Of a stretch of 55,994 nt of DNA, positions 30,747 to 39,669 are shown piece by piece. Under the pieces are notes generated by a model. It saw only the letters and a list, made by a program, of their open reading frames with translations. It ran no database searches and was not told the DNA's origin. The first letter of the stretch is position 1; each line of letters opens with the position of its first letter. Source of the DNA: a virus (Duplodnaviria; Caudoviricetes); the IMG/VR virus record IMGVR_UViG_3300033155_001375, positions 1 through 55,994 of that record; one strand, written 5' to 3'. The position numbers and the translations under genes are program-made.

Positions 30747-31121
30747 ATGCCCCAACCTGCGAATCTATTGAACAAGATCTACGTTGTTCAGCAACAGACG
30801 AAGACGCTACTTGTGACCGTGAAGACCTCAGAGGGGGCTGCGGCGAACCTGAACGGGGCCAATCTTTATATGACTGTGCGCGACAAGATCGGCGGCACTG
30901 TCGTCATAATGAAGACATCCGGCGATGGTATTTCCATCACTTGTGCCGATGACGGTCAGGCCACCATCACGCTTTCAACCATTGACACAGATATCCCAAA
31001 GGGTTGTTATTATTACGATATCTGGACAGAACATCCACAGACATCTCCTCCGATTCGCCATCCAGTGGTCAAGCACGCTGAGATGATTGTCGAGCCTGCC
31101 ATTACTGATTTCACTCCCTGA
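30747..31121 (+). CDS. BppU N-terminal-like domain protein
   Basis: NLNGA..MTVR..GQATITL..T..YYYDI pattern; GGGAGG RBS. Confidence 0.6.
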   Translation: MPQPANLLNKIYVVQQQTKTLLVTVKTSEGAAANLNGANLYMTVRDKIGGTVVIMKTSGDGISITCADDGQATITLSTIDTDIPKGCYYYDIWTEHPQTSPPIRHPVVKHAEMIVEPAITDFTP

Positions 31122-31125
31122 CCTG

Positions 31126-31180
31126 TTGACAATCCCAAATCATGTGCTAGATTGGTGTTAGAGGGACGGAGGACACCATG
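31126..31180 (+). promoter_or_regulatory. sigma70-like promoter plus RBS block, copy A
   Basis: TTGACA-16 nt-TAGATT with extended TG; GGACGGAGGACACCATG. Confidence 0.75.
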
Positions 31181-31426
31181 GCACAAATCATCGTATGTCA
31201 CATTTGTGGTTCTAGGGATGCAGACATCATCTGCACGGCTTGTGGCCGACCAGTCTGCAAGGAGCACACGGGCCAGGATGATGTGTGTGAGATGTGTTGG
31301 GCTGACTATGATGGGTACATCGATGCTCACGCTGAAGATATGGACGGTGACTTCGATTCCGGCATGGCGAGCGCTGGGCTAGGCGTAGACGAAGATTACG
31401 GCTGCTTTGGTGGAGACGAGTGGTAG
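31178..31426 (+). CDS. Small Zn-finger protein with acidic tail
   Basis: CHIC, CTAC, CKEH, CEMC; strong RBS. Confidence 0.75.
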   Translation: MAQIIVCHICGSRDADIICTACGRPVCKEHTGQDDVCEMCWADYDGYIDAHAEDMDGDFDSGMASAGLGVDEDYGCFGGDEW

Positions 31427-31435
31427 GAGGGCATC

Positions 31436-31585
31436 ATGAATCACATGAGACCAAGAGGAACCAAGTCGTTCTGGGACATTCAGCAGCTCTCTCGTAGTTG
31501 TCAGAAGGCCGATGCTCGCGCAGCTCGCAAGAGGGCTCGTCAGAATGATAAAAGAATCTGCAAGGAGGCTGTTGACAATTGCTAA
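31436..31585 (+). CDS. Small basic protein (49 aa, not in ORF track)
   Basis: AGGAGG RBS; MNHMRPRG...ARKRARQNDKRICKEAVDNC. Confidence 0.55.
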   Translation: MNHMRPRGTKSFWDIQQLSRSCQKADARAARKRARQNDKRICKEAVDNC

Positions 31586-31625
31586 TCATGGGTTAGCTTT
31601 ATAGGGAAGGACGGAGGACACCATG
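31572..31625 (+). promoter_or_regulatory. sigma70-like promoter plus RBS block, copy B
   Basis: TTGACA-16 nt-TAGCTT; identical GGACGGAGGACACCATG. Confidence 0.75.
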
Positions 31626-31859
31626 ACCAATAAGACAAAGGCAGATGAGGCAGTTTCAATGCTCGAAGGCGAGCCAATGGTCGAGCGTGCTGATGCGGCG
31701 ATGACGCTCATTGATCATGTTGGTATCTCGGGAGAGGATTATGACCAGATTGCAGTCATCTTGGCTGATGGCTTATTGGAAAACGGGCACATCGATGATG
31801 ACGATGATGGTGTCAGTTATGAGAAGGTGCTTGCTTGTTTGAAAGGCGAAGAGGTCTAA
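31623..31859 (+). CDS. Small acidic protein
   Basis: Strong RBS, 78 aa. Confidence 0.7.
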   Translation: MTNKTKADEAVSMLEGEPMVERADAAMTLIDHVGISGEDYDQIAVILADGLLENGHIDDDDDGVSYEKVLACLKGEEV

Positions 31860-31860
31860 C

Positions 31861-32163
31861 ATGGCGAAGGCGAAAGAGTTTAGCAAGGCAGAGCTGTTCG
31901 ACATCTTCGTGGGAAACATAGCTGGCCATTGTGCTGAGCTGCGCGTAGCGACGGGCCGGTTCAGGGCGACGGCAGTCGAAGGGATGTCCATGGTCGAGCT
32001 GCGAATCGTTCCCAAGACCGAGGGCGAGATCGACGTATGGGACATGTGCTACCACGTCCAGGCCGACAAGGAAGAGTGTCTGGGCAATCGTTGTGCAGCG
32101 GTGAGCCGGTACTCCTCCATCGCGGCAGAAGCACTCAGGACTTTCATGGAGTCGCCTGAGTGA
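31861..32163 (+). CDS. Hypothetical protein
   Basis: GAGGT RBS, 100 aa. Confidence 0.65.
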   Translation: MAKAKEFSKAELFDIFVGNIAGHCAELRVATGRFRATAVEGMSMVELRIVPKTEGEIDVWDMCYHVQADKEECLGNRCAAVSRYSSIAAEALRTFMESPE

Positions 32164-32171
32164 TGTAGAGT

Positions 32172-34019
32172 GTGGCCATGTCCTATGGTCATTCCACCAG
32201 AGCAGTTTCATCACCAATCGCATCAGGTCAACGGGGCCGGATGTCTGTTCCAAAGCGATTTCTCCCTCTCTCCCAGTTCTTCCTTCAGCAAGACAAACCC
32301 ATCGATGGCCAGAAGGTCATGTATGGGCGTCAGGAGCCCGCCAAGAAGAAGGCGTCCAAGGATACGAAAAAACAGCCAGCGTCCACTGACGACCCCAGGG
32401 GGCCTCGGGAGGAGCATATTCTGTGGATGATTGAAGGTGGACCCAAGAGCGGACCCTGGGATAAGCCTCATAAATGTAAGTATTGTGGATCACCTGCGAC
32501 ACGCGACCTCATCTGGGCTGAGGGGAGGGCCTATATCCCTGTCTGTGATGGTCATCGTAAGCGCGGAGAGCATCGCATCCTTGTCAAAAACAGGGACAGC
32601 ATTGCTGCCGCCAAGCCTGTGGTGCAGGAAGCGAAGGTCAATTTCGCTCTGGATGAGTCGGCGGCTCACGCCAAGTCCATCGCTCTGATGCGGTGGCTCT
32701 CGAAGGTGGCCAAGGAGCTTCGGGTGGAGCGGGATGTCTATGTCGTCGGTGGGGCAGTTCGTAACTTCGTCATCGACCAGCCGATCAAGGATGTGGATGT
32801 CGTGTTCGATGCCGTGGCTGTGGGGCGTGGGCGCAATTCAGAATGGTTCGCGAAGCAGCTCCGGAAGAAGATGCCAGCCAAGTCGAGCCTGGCCACCAAT
32901 CAGTATGGAGTGGCCATCATCACCGTGAAGGGGGACTGGGACATCGAGGGGAGCAACCTCAAGGGTGAGGTCATCGAGATTGCCAATGCTCGCTCCGAGA
33001 GCTATGGGGGCGGAGAGGGCAAGGGATACAAGCCATCGGAGATAAAGCCGGCTTCTATCGAGAAGGACATCAAGAGGCGTGAGTTCACATTCAACACGCT
33101 GATGTGGCGTCTGGCTGACTTGGCGAGCGGTCCAGACAAGGCTGAGATCGTTGATCTGACTGGATGTGGGCTTGCGGACCTCAAGGCCGGAACCATGCGA
33201 TGCCCAGCGAGTCCGGACAAGACCTTCTCCGACGATCCCACGAGGATGTTGCGGGCCATCAAATTCACAATCAAGTACGGTTTCAAGATCAGCAAGGACA
33301 CTGAGGCGTCCATCCGGCGTAATGCTGACAAGATTCGCAACGCCCCATCGTCTGCCATCGCGAAGCTCCTCATCGACCCCATTTTGAAAGAGCCGAGGAC
33401 GGCGCCAAAGGCCCTGCGGGAGATGAAGCGTCTGGGGCTCCTCGATGTCGTGGCGAAGATGGTCCGCACAGACAGGCAGTTCGCATCGACGCTGACCAAT
33501 TGGGCCAATGATCAGCGAGTGGGGCTTCTCTTCGACCTGATGGACCTGGGGCTTCCACTGAAGACGAAGCTGGGAGCTTTCACTTCTGACCAGCAGAAGC
33601 GCATCCGGGAGGTGACGGCGACGATGCCCGACACCAAGGCCAGAGACTTTCTTGCAGCTCTAAAGCAGCCAGGAAGGGCGTGGAAGGACAAGCTCTTTTT
33701 CGTGATGCTGTCGACAGAGATGGACGCCGAGAAGGGTCGGGCTATGGGGGATTTGGCGCGGCGCGTCAATAGGGTTGCCCAGGACGTCATGCTCGCCAAT
33801 CCGGAGCTGGCCGATGATCCCCAGAAGCTCAAGGTCGCCATTCGACAGGGGCTCTCAGCTCAAGAGGGCACCACAACGACGGCGAACGTGCCCACCGTAG
33901 CGGTCCCAATCGGTGCCGGTGACGGACGAAAGTTTCTTGATAGACCTGGCAAGAAAAAGAAAAAAGACAAGAAAGACCTATCGACCAGGATGGGGCTTCT
34001 TCTTAGACAACTTTTTTAG
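32172..34019 (+). CDS. cca: Class II tRNA nucleotidyltransferase (CCA-adding/PAP family) with N- and C-terminal extensions; start may be 32241
   Basis: VYVVGGAVRN..KDVDV, EIANARSESY, DIKRREFTFN, DLTGCG, FSDDPTRMLRAIKF; no poly(A) polymerase GRRF signature. Confidence 0.88.
   Translation: MAMSYGHSTRAVSSPIASGQRGRMSVPKRFLPLSQFFLQQDKPIDGQKVMYGRQEPAKKKASKDTKKQPASTDDPRGPREEHILWMIEGGPKSGPWDKPHKCKYCGSPATRDLIWAEGRAYIPVCDGHRKRGEHRILVKNRDSIAAAKPVVQEAKVNFALDESAAHAKSIALMRWLSKVAKELRVERDVYVVGGAVRNFVIDQPIKDVDVVFDAVAVGRGRNSEWFAKQLRKKMPAKSSLATNQYGVAIITVKGDWDIEGSNLKGEVIEIANARSESYGGGEGKGYKPSEIKPASIEKDIKRREFTFNTLMWRLADLASGPDKAEIVDLTGCGLADLKAGTMRCPASPDKTFSDDPTRMLRAIKFTIKYGFKISKDTEASIRRNADKIRNAPSSAIAKLLIDPILKEPRTAPKALREMKRLGLLDVVAKMVRTDRQFASTLTNWANDQRVGLLFDLMDLGLPLKTKLGAFTSDQQKRIREVTATMPDTKARDFLAALKQPGRAWKDKLFFVMLSTEMDAEKGRAMGDLARRVNRVAQDVMLANPELADDPQKLKVAIRQGLSAQEGTTTTANVPTVAVPIGAGDGRKFLDRPGKKKKKDKKDLSTRMGLLLRQLF
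32630..32650. repeat. Palindromic site copy 2 (intragenic)
   Basis: AGCGAAG-GTCAA-TTTCGCTCT; one mismatch to the 19 bp core. Confidence 0.75.
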
Positions 34020-34090
34020 TGGTAGGATAACGAAGAACCGAAGGTGAGGGCACCCTAAACCGGGGCGTCCCGAGGAGTAGGAGCAGGAGA

Positions 34091-35227
34091 ATGGCAGACG
34101 TAAGCAAGGGCGATACAAAGCCCACAATTCAAAAAGGAACCGCAAAAGATTTGGCCGAGCTGGTGAATTTGAGCGGTAACGATCCACAGGTTGATCCAAG
34201 GCCACCAACATCAGAGGAAGTCAGCAAGGCCATCGGAGCTGGTGGTGGCCCAGAGACAGGTACGCCGTCGCCTCAGTTGGAGCGGCTTCGAGCTGCGGCT
34301 GAGAAGGGGAAGACTGAGGGTGGTGGCATCATCCAGGTGAACGAAGCACCTGAGTATGAAACCCTGACCGATGCCCAGCCAGAATCCGGTGTTTTCAGCT
34401 TGGTCGGCGGGTATCTCGACAGGGACGGGGTTCTTCACAAAGAGGTTGAGATTGAGGCCATGGGTGGTCACGAAGAAGACCTCATGGGCAACCGGAAGAT
34501 TCCTATTGTCCTGCGGCTCAACTCTATTCTCTCCAGGGTGGTCAAGCGAATTGGTGGTATCACGGACAGGGGAGACATCGCCAGGGCCGTCTCAGAGATG
34601 CCGTTGGGAACCAGGCAGCACCTTCTCATCGCTATGCGGGTGACCTCGCACTGGCTCACTGAGAAGGATCTGTATAAATTCAATGCTCGATGCCCGAGAT
34701 GCAAGCGTGAGAGCCCTTTCACGTCAAACCTGATGTCTCTGGATCTCTACGAGCCGGATGACCCGTCGAAGCAGCTTCACGAGGTTGAGCTTCCTTACTC
34801 GAAGTCGAAGGCTCAGTGGCGTATTCTCCCGGGCGAGTGGGATCATGCCCTTGATGTGCTGGCGCGAAACAAGGAGATGGCGTCGGACTTTTTGACCCAT
34901 GCCATCATCGCACGCATCGTGTCGATCAATGGCGAGGCCATCGACTTGTCAGTTACAGACGTGCTGACACCGGATAAGCGCAAGGCTAAGCTCTCGAAAA
35001 GGGCGCAGCAGGTTATCAAATGGGCAAAGGCAGCCAAGTCTGTGGACCGAGAGACGCTTCGAGCGGCTTTCCTGGAGCATGAGCCTGGAGTGGATACCGA
35101 CATCGAGTGCGAGTGTAAGAACGAGCGATGCGGTGCTGAGTGGACTGTTACGCTGGACTTGGGGCAAGAGGGTTTTTTCTTCCCGCAGACCACCTCGATG
35201 CGCTCGAAGACGAGATCTTCTACCTGA
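34091..35227 (+). CDS. Tail assembly chaperone (T4 gp26-like / gpG analogue)
   Basis: M...EEDL, R..LLIAMR, CPRC, PGVD..CEC..C, FFFP; upstream of tape measure. Confidence 0.75.
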   Translation: MADVSKGDTKPTIQKGTAKDLAELVNLSGNDPQVDPRPPTSEEVSKAIGAGGGPETGTPSPQLERLRAAAEKGKTEGGGIIQVNEAPEYETLTDAQPESGVFSLVGGYLDRDGVLHKEVEIEAMGGHEEDLMGNRKIPIVLRLNSILSRVVKRIGGITDRGDIARAVSEMPLGTRQHLLIAMRVTSHWLTEKDLYKFNARCPRCKRESPFTSNLMSLDLYEPDDPSKQLHEVELPYSKSKAQWRILPGEWDHALDVLARNKEMASDFLTHAIIARIVSINGEAIDLSVTDVLTPDKRKAKLSKRAQQVIKWAKAAKSVDRETLRAAFLEHEPGVDTDIECECKNERCGAEWTVTLDLGQEGFFFPQTTSMRSKTRSST

Positions 35228-35379
35228 TGGAATTCATGCGGCAGGGCTATAATGACATTATGTCAATGCCAATTGGTCGCCGCAAGAGGCTCTGTCAGGA
35301 GAAGGACTATTTCGAGGAGGTCAAGGCCGCACGAAGACGGTCAGCCGAGGCGGCGGCGGGAAGGAGAGGGCGAAGGTAA
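35170..35379 (+). other. -1 frameshift site and gpT/gp51-like extension
   Basis: G GGT TTT in frame; -1 frame open to TAA 35379 abutting the tape measure ATG. Confidence 0.75.
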
Positions 35380-38300
35380 ATGGCTGGTGGCAGTCAAGGG
35401 CGACTGGTTGGCGTCGGGTTCCTGGTAGGAGCTAAGGACGATGGAGCCTCCGAGACCTTTGATAACGTAGCTGAGAGCGCAGATCGTACAGCCGATGCGG
35501 CAGAGGATGCCGGGGAACGTGGTGGTCGCGGAGTAGGAATGCTCAAGCGAGCCCTCGAAGGCATCGCCTCGGTCAACCTCGCCAATATCTCATCCACCTT
35601 AGACAGCATTGCTGATAGGGCTGGCACTGGCGTCGGGGCACAAGCCACTTCGCTCGAGCAGCACTCGGCACAATTCAATCAGACAGCTAGGCTGGCGGAA
35701 GCTCGTCTTGGCTCCATGGGTGGTGCTCTTCGAGCCCATCGTGGGGAGGTGTCGTCACTTGCCTATGCCTATGGGGTGAGCGGAGACGAGTTGTTCAACT
35801 TCATGGCTCCTTTGTCTCGAGTTGGTATCGACATCGAAGACCTTGGGGTGAGCACCCGGGGTCTCGCTGGGCACATTCAGGCTGGGACTATCAATGCTGA
35901 GTCCATGGGTGCTGCCATGGCCGAATTAGCGACGACCTATGAGCTTGGAGCTGAAGGGGCTGGGTCTATTCTCAATCAGGTTATGGCTCTTGGTGACGAG
36001 TTCGGCACAACTGCTGCGTCTGCCCAGGCGTTCCCTGGCATTATGGACACTATCAGGGCTGCGGCTGCGAGATTCCCGGTGATAGCAGAGGATGTCGAAG
36101 GGGTGTCGATGTCTATCGTTGGACTTGGTAACGCCATGTCCAATTTGGGCATGGACCCATCCAGGGCCTTTACTGCGGCGCAGGCGACCTTCAGTGCCCT
36201 TGCGGAGTCTCGTGGGGCATTGACGGACCTGATCACGGGTGTTGGCTCGGCGCTGCCGGATATGGCGACTCAGCTTGGAATTGCGACTAGCGACATCGGC
36301 GGTTCCATCGAGAGCATCTTAGAAGACCCGCTCACGTTCGCGGCGAACATGGGCATTGCAATGAGAGAGGTTGGTGAGTCGACTGTTATGGGTCAGCGGC
36401 TTGTAAGAACCTTGGGTGAGATCAGCCCGGAGCTTCTACAGGTAGCGCGTGATGCTTCTCAGGGTGGTGATGCTATTGCTCGTGTGCAAGAGCCACTGGA
36501 GAACGTGGAGGGGGCATTTGATCGAGCTGGTCGGGCGGCTCTGACAAGCACTCTGACATTCTCCGATCAGCTTGAACGGATGAGAGACTCCTATACGACG
36601 CGGCTCAATTCCATTGGCCGAGCCACTGACACTGGTTTTGTGCAGAGACAGGCTGATGCGTATAAGCGCGTAGGTGATCGCATCGAGGACTTTGCCGGAA
36701 GGTCCGGGCCTCTGGGTGCTCTCACAAGGGGCTTCCTGCGCGTGCGAACCTTTGGCCTTGTCCAGGGCCTTATTCCTGGCCTTGGTGCTCTTGGCGAGGG
36801 GCTGGGTGACACGGCTGAGGCCGCTGGTCCGGTGATGCGAGTCATGGGGGACACGGGGCTCACCAAGAGCTTCTCTGGCCTATTCCAGGCTGGCGGAAGA
36901 CTTGCTGGTGTTACACGTATTCTAGGCACGACTTTCCTTGGTGTTCTTGGCCCGATTGCTCTGGTGGCTGGAGCTGGCTATTTGCTCTATCGCAACTGGG
37001 ACAAACTGGGGGAGATGTGGAGGGGCCTGGGGGACTCTATTGATGATCTGTCAGTCAAATTCCAGAACTGGGTCGATAGAATTGACTGGCAGGACATGGG
37101 AGATAGGGTGGTGAGTGGGGTCATCGCTTTCTTCGATAGGATCGGAAGCGCGTCGGAAGAAGAAGCTCCCAACACAGCCGGTAAGATTGCAGACGCTTTT
37201 AAAAGTATGTTCGAGTCGGCTGCTTATATGGTTGGTGGGCTTGCTGTCGGGATGTGGGATCGGATCATCGAGTGGATCACTAACCCGCCCAATATCGCTG
37301 CCCAGGTAACGAGGGGTGCTCAGGCATTGGGGGCCATGGTTGGTAGTGTCCTCGGCATCGGGATGCTTACTCCTCTTCGGAAAAACATCGTTTCAGCTTT
37401 TGGCAGGCTCTTTGGTGGCTTCGGCGACATCATGACTGGTGGCCGTGGAATCATGGGTGGCGCAGGCACCGCTTTGCGTCGAATCCCTTATGTCGGGGCT
37501 ATTATTGGCGTATTGATGGACCTCCCGCAGATTATCCAGGGTTTCCAGACGGGTGGCATCATCACGGGGCTCAGGGAGCTTTTCGAGAGCGTGGTGGATG
37601 GTCTGCTCATGGGCATTCCGAGTCTCGTCGGGCGTCTCACCGGGACTGAGAACATCGTCGAGAGCATCTTTGACTTCCTCTTCGAGGGATTGAACATCGC
37701 CAACATCCAGGAGGCCATCGACGGAGGTGAGATCGGTCGAGCTATCCTGGAGTCGCTGATGGCTATAAGCGGAGGCGGTTTCGGACGGATGGCCTGGAAT
37801 ACCATCTTTGGTGAGGGCGCCGGGGACGCCATCATGACCGGCATGGGCGGCGTCATGGAGGCCATTGGTAGCATCTTCACCGAGGTTGCCTCAGCTTATA
37901 CAACGGTGGTGGGTCCAGTCTGGGATGCCTTGCAAGAGGCTGGCGGAGAGATCATGGCCATCTTTGGCCAGCTTTGGTCGGACACGCTTCAGCCTCTCTT
38001 TAATGACATCTGGGGCGCAGTCTCTCCGGTGACCGAGGTCTTCGATGACATGGGCAACAAGGTCGATGATATTGCTGGGGCCTTCGACAATGCTGAGGGT
38101 GGCGTCCGTGGCTTCGCTGAGATGGCTGGGGACTTCATCAGGAACAACGTAGCTCCAGCCATCATTTGGCTGGCCGAGAACGCAATTCCGTTGGTTGTTT
38201 CTGCTGTCGAGATATGGGCTGACCGTCTTCGTGGATTAGTGGATTTCTGGCGTTCGGCGTGGCCGACAATCGAGACGGTTTTTGGTCACATCCAAGAAGG

Positions 38301-39666
38301 CTTCTCCGTCATCGGGGACGCCATAACATTCTGGTGGGAGAATGTGGCGAGTCCCATTATTGATATGTGGGTGAGTGTGTGGGACGGCGCTGTCGAGCAT
38401 GTCTTCCCATTGGTCGAGGAGGGCTTCAAAATCATCGGTGATGCTGTGACGTGGTGGTGGGACAGCGTCACGATGCCGGTGCTTAGGGAGCTGCGGGGCT
38501 TCTTCACCTTTGTGATGGATATTATAGAGGCTGCTGGCAGGTGGGTTTTCAATGCTCTTGGAGAGCATGTGACCTGGTGGTGGGAGAATGTTACTCGTCC
38601 TGTTTTCAACACGCTGAGAGTATTTTTCTCGGCGGTTGTTACCGACATTATGGACGCTGGTCGCTTTGCATTCGATTTCCTGGCTACGCATATCACAAGC
38701 AAGATCGAGCAGGCTGCGGTTTCCTTTGAAATTCTGCGGACTAGCTGGGATTTGGTGAAGAATGTTTTATCCACTGGATTCCAGGAGATTGGGGCCAAGA
38801 TCCAGCGATTCTTGACCATCCCATTCATTAGGCTTACTGGGACAATCGTAGGCATGGTGGATATGATTCGCTTGGCTTTTATCGGAGTAAAAGAAGAGAT
38901 TTTGGGGATGTTCCTGACGATTATGCAAGGGTTTCGCAGTCTCGTTGCTGATTCCGGAATCCCATTTGCTGGAACTATCGCCAGTGCGCTTGATGATCCA
39001 ATTGCTGCCATTGAGGGGCGGATCTCAGGAATCACAAACCAAGAAACTGGCGAACGTGCTGTGCTTCAGCGTCAGATCAACGCAGAGAATGCGAGGCGTC
39101 AGGGAGAAATAGATACCAGGAATGCGGAAGTAGACGCATTAGAGGAAAGAAGATTGGCTGCCCAGGCTGCACTAAATGATGCTGGCGCAAACATACAAAC
39201 TCAGCGACGACAGGAGTCGGAACAGAGGGCTGCGATTGTTGCGGCTGCTGCGATTGCTGATGAGCGTGCCGCCGAACAAAGGACTCGTGAGGCGCAGCAA
39301 GAGCGTGAGGACGCAGATGCACGAAGGCAGCAAGCCAGGGCTGGGCGCATAACTGACCGGGAGATAGCGGCGGCTGCTACTGAGGAGGAGCGTGTGGCTC
39401 TTACTGCTGCCAGGGCGGAGACAGACGAGAGGAGAGCTACTGAAGCTGCGGCTGCTGCGAGGCGTGGTGGTGGTGCGAGGCGTGCAGCTCAAAGATCAGG
39501 GCCATCAGCGGCGGATATCGCGAGTGGGCTGGCTGAAGCCATGGCTAGTGGTCCTGGGTCTAGTAGCAACAACCCCAACCATGTCGTCGTGGATGGTGTT
39601 TCGCCGAATGCTCAGACGACTCAACCCAGAACGATTCCGCATCAGTTGCCGGACCTCGAGGGGTAG
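35380..39666 (+). CDS. Tape measure protein
   Basis: 1428 aa Ala/Gly-rich helical, periodic W/F, ~40 aa WW repeats; follows chaperone. Confidence 0.9.
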   Translation: MAGGSQGRLVGVGFLVGAKDDGASETFDNVAESADRTADAAEDAGERGGRGVGMLKRALEGIASVNLANISSTLDSIADRAGTGVGAQATSLEQHSAQFNQTARLAEARLGSMGGALRAHRGEVSSLAYAYGVSGDELFNFMAPLSRVGIDIEDLGVSTRGLAGHIQAGTINAESMGAAMAELATTYELGAEGAGSILNQVMALGDEFGTTAASAQAFPGIMDTIRAAAARFPVIAEDVEGVSMSIVGLGNAMSNLGMDPSRAFTAAQATFSALAESRGALTDLITGVGSALPDMATQLGIATSDIGGSIESILEDPLTFAANMGIAMREVGESTVMGQRLVRTLGEISPELLQVARDASQGGDAIARVQEPLENVEGAFDRAGRAALTSTLTFSDQLERMRDSYTTRLNSIGRATDTGFVQRQADAYKRVGDRIEDFAGRSGPLGALTRGFLRVRTFGLVQGLIPGLGALGEGLGDTAEAAGPVMRVMGDTGLTKSFSGLFQAGGRLAGVTRILGTTFLGVLGPIALVAGAGYLLYRNWDKLGEMWRGLGDSIDDLSVKFQNWVDRIDWQDMGDRVVSGVIAFFDRIGSASEEEAPNTAGKIADAFKSMFESAAYMVGGLAVGMWDRIIEWITNPPNIAAQVTRGAQALGAMVGSVLGIGMLTPLRKNIVSAFGRLFGGFGDIMTGGRGIMGGAGTALRRIPYVGAIIGVLMDLPQIIQGFQTGGIITGLRELFESVVDGLLMGIPSLVGRLTGTENIVESIFDFLFEGLNIANIQEAIDGGEIGRAILESLMAISGGGFGRMAWNTIFGEGAGDAIMTGMGGVMEAIGSIFTEVASAYTTVVGPVWDALQEAGGEIMAIFGQLWSDTLQPLFNDIWGAVSPVTEVFDDMGNKVDDIAGAFDNAEGGVRGFAEMAGDFIRNNVAPAIIWLAENAIPLVVSAVEIWADRLRGLVDFWRSAWPTIETVFGHIQEGFSVIGDAITFWWENVASPIIDMWVSVWDGAVEHVFPLVEEGFKIIGDAVTWWWDSVTMPVLRELRGFFTFVMDIIEAAGRWVFNALGEHVTWWWENVTRPVFNTLRVFFSAVVTDIMDAGRFAFDFLATHITSKIEQAAVSFEILRTSWDLVKNVLSTGFQEIGAKIQRFLTIPFIRLTGTIVGMVDMIRLAFIGVKEEILGMFLTIMQGFRSLVADSGIPFAGTIASALDDPIAAIEGRISGITNQETGERAVLQRQINAENARRQGEIDTRNAEVDALEERRLAAQAALNDAGANIQTQRRQESEQRAAIVAAAAIADERAAEQRTREAQQEREDADARRQQARAGRITDREIAAAATEEERVALTAARAETDERRATEAAAAARRGGGARRAAQRSGPSAADIASGLAEAMASGPGSSSNNPNHVVVDGVSPNAQTTQPRTIPHQLPDLEG

Positions 39667-39669
39667 GCC

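Noticed and set aside
30722-30952. Alternative Cys-rich ORF overlapping 30747
   Set aside because: The 30747 frame has the RBS and a recognisable domain pattern
32172-34019. Poly(A) polymerase pcnB
   Set aside because: The GRRF-type signature is absent; the equivalent region reads TNQYGVA
34029-34090. tRNA or ncRNA next to the nucleotidyltransferase
   Set aside because: Only one imperfect hairpin and tandem SD-like repeats; no cloverleaf seen here or in other gaps
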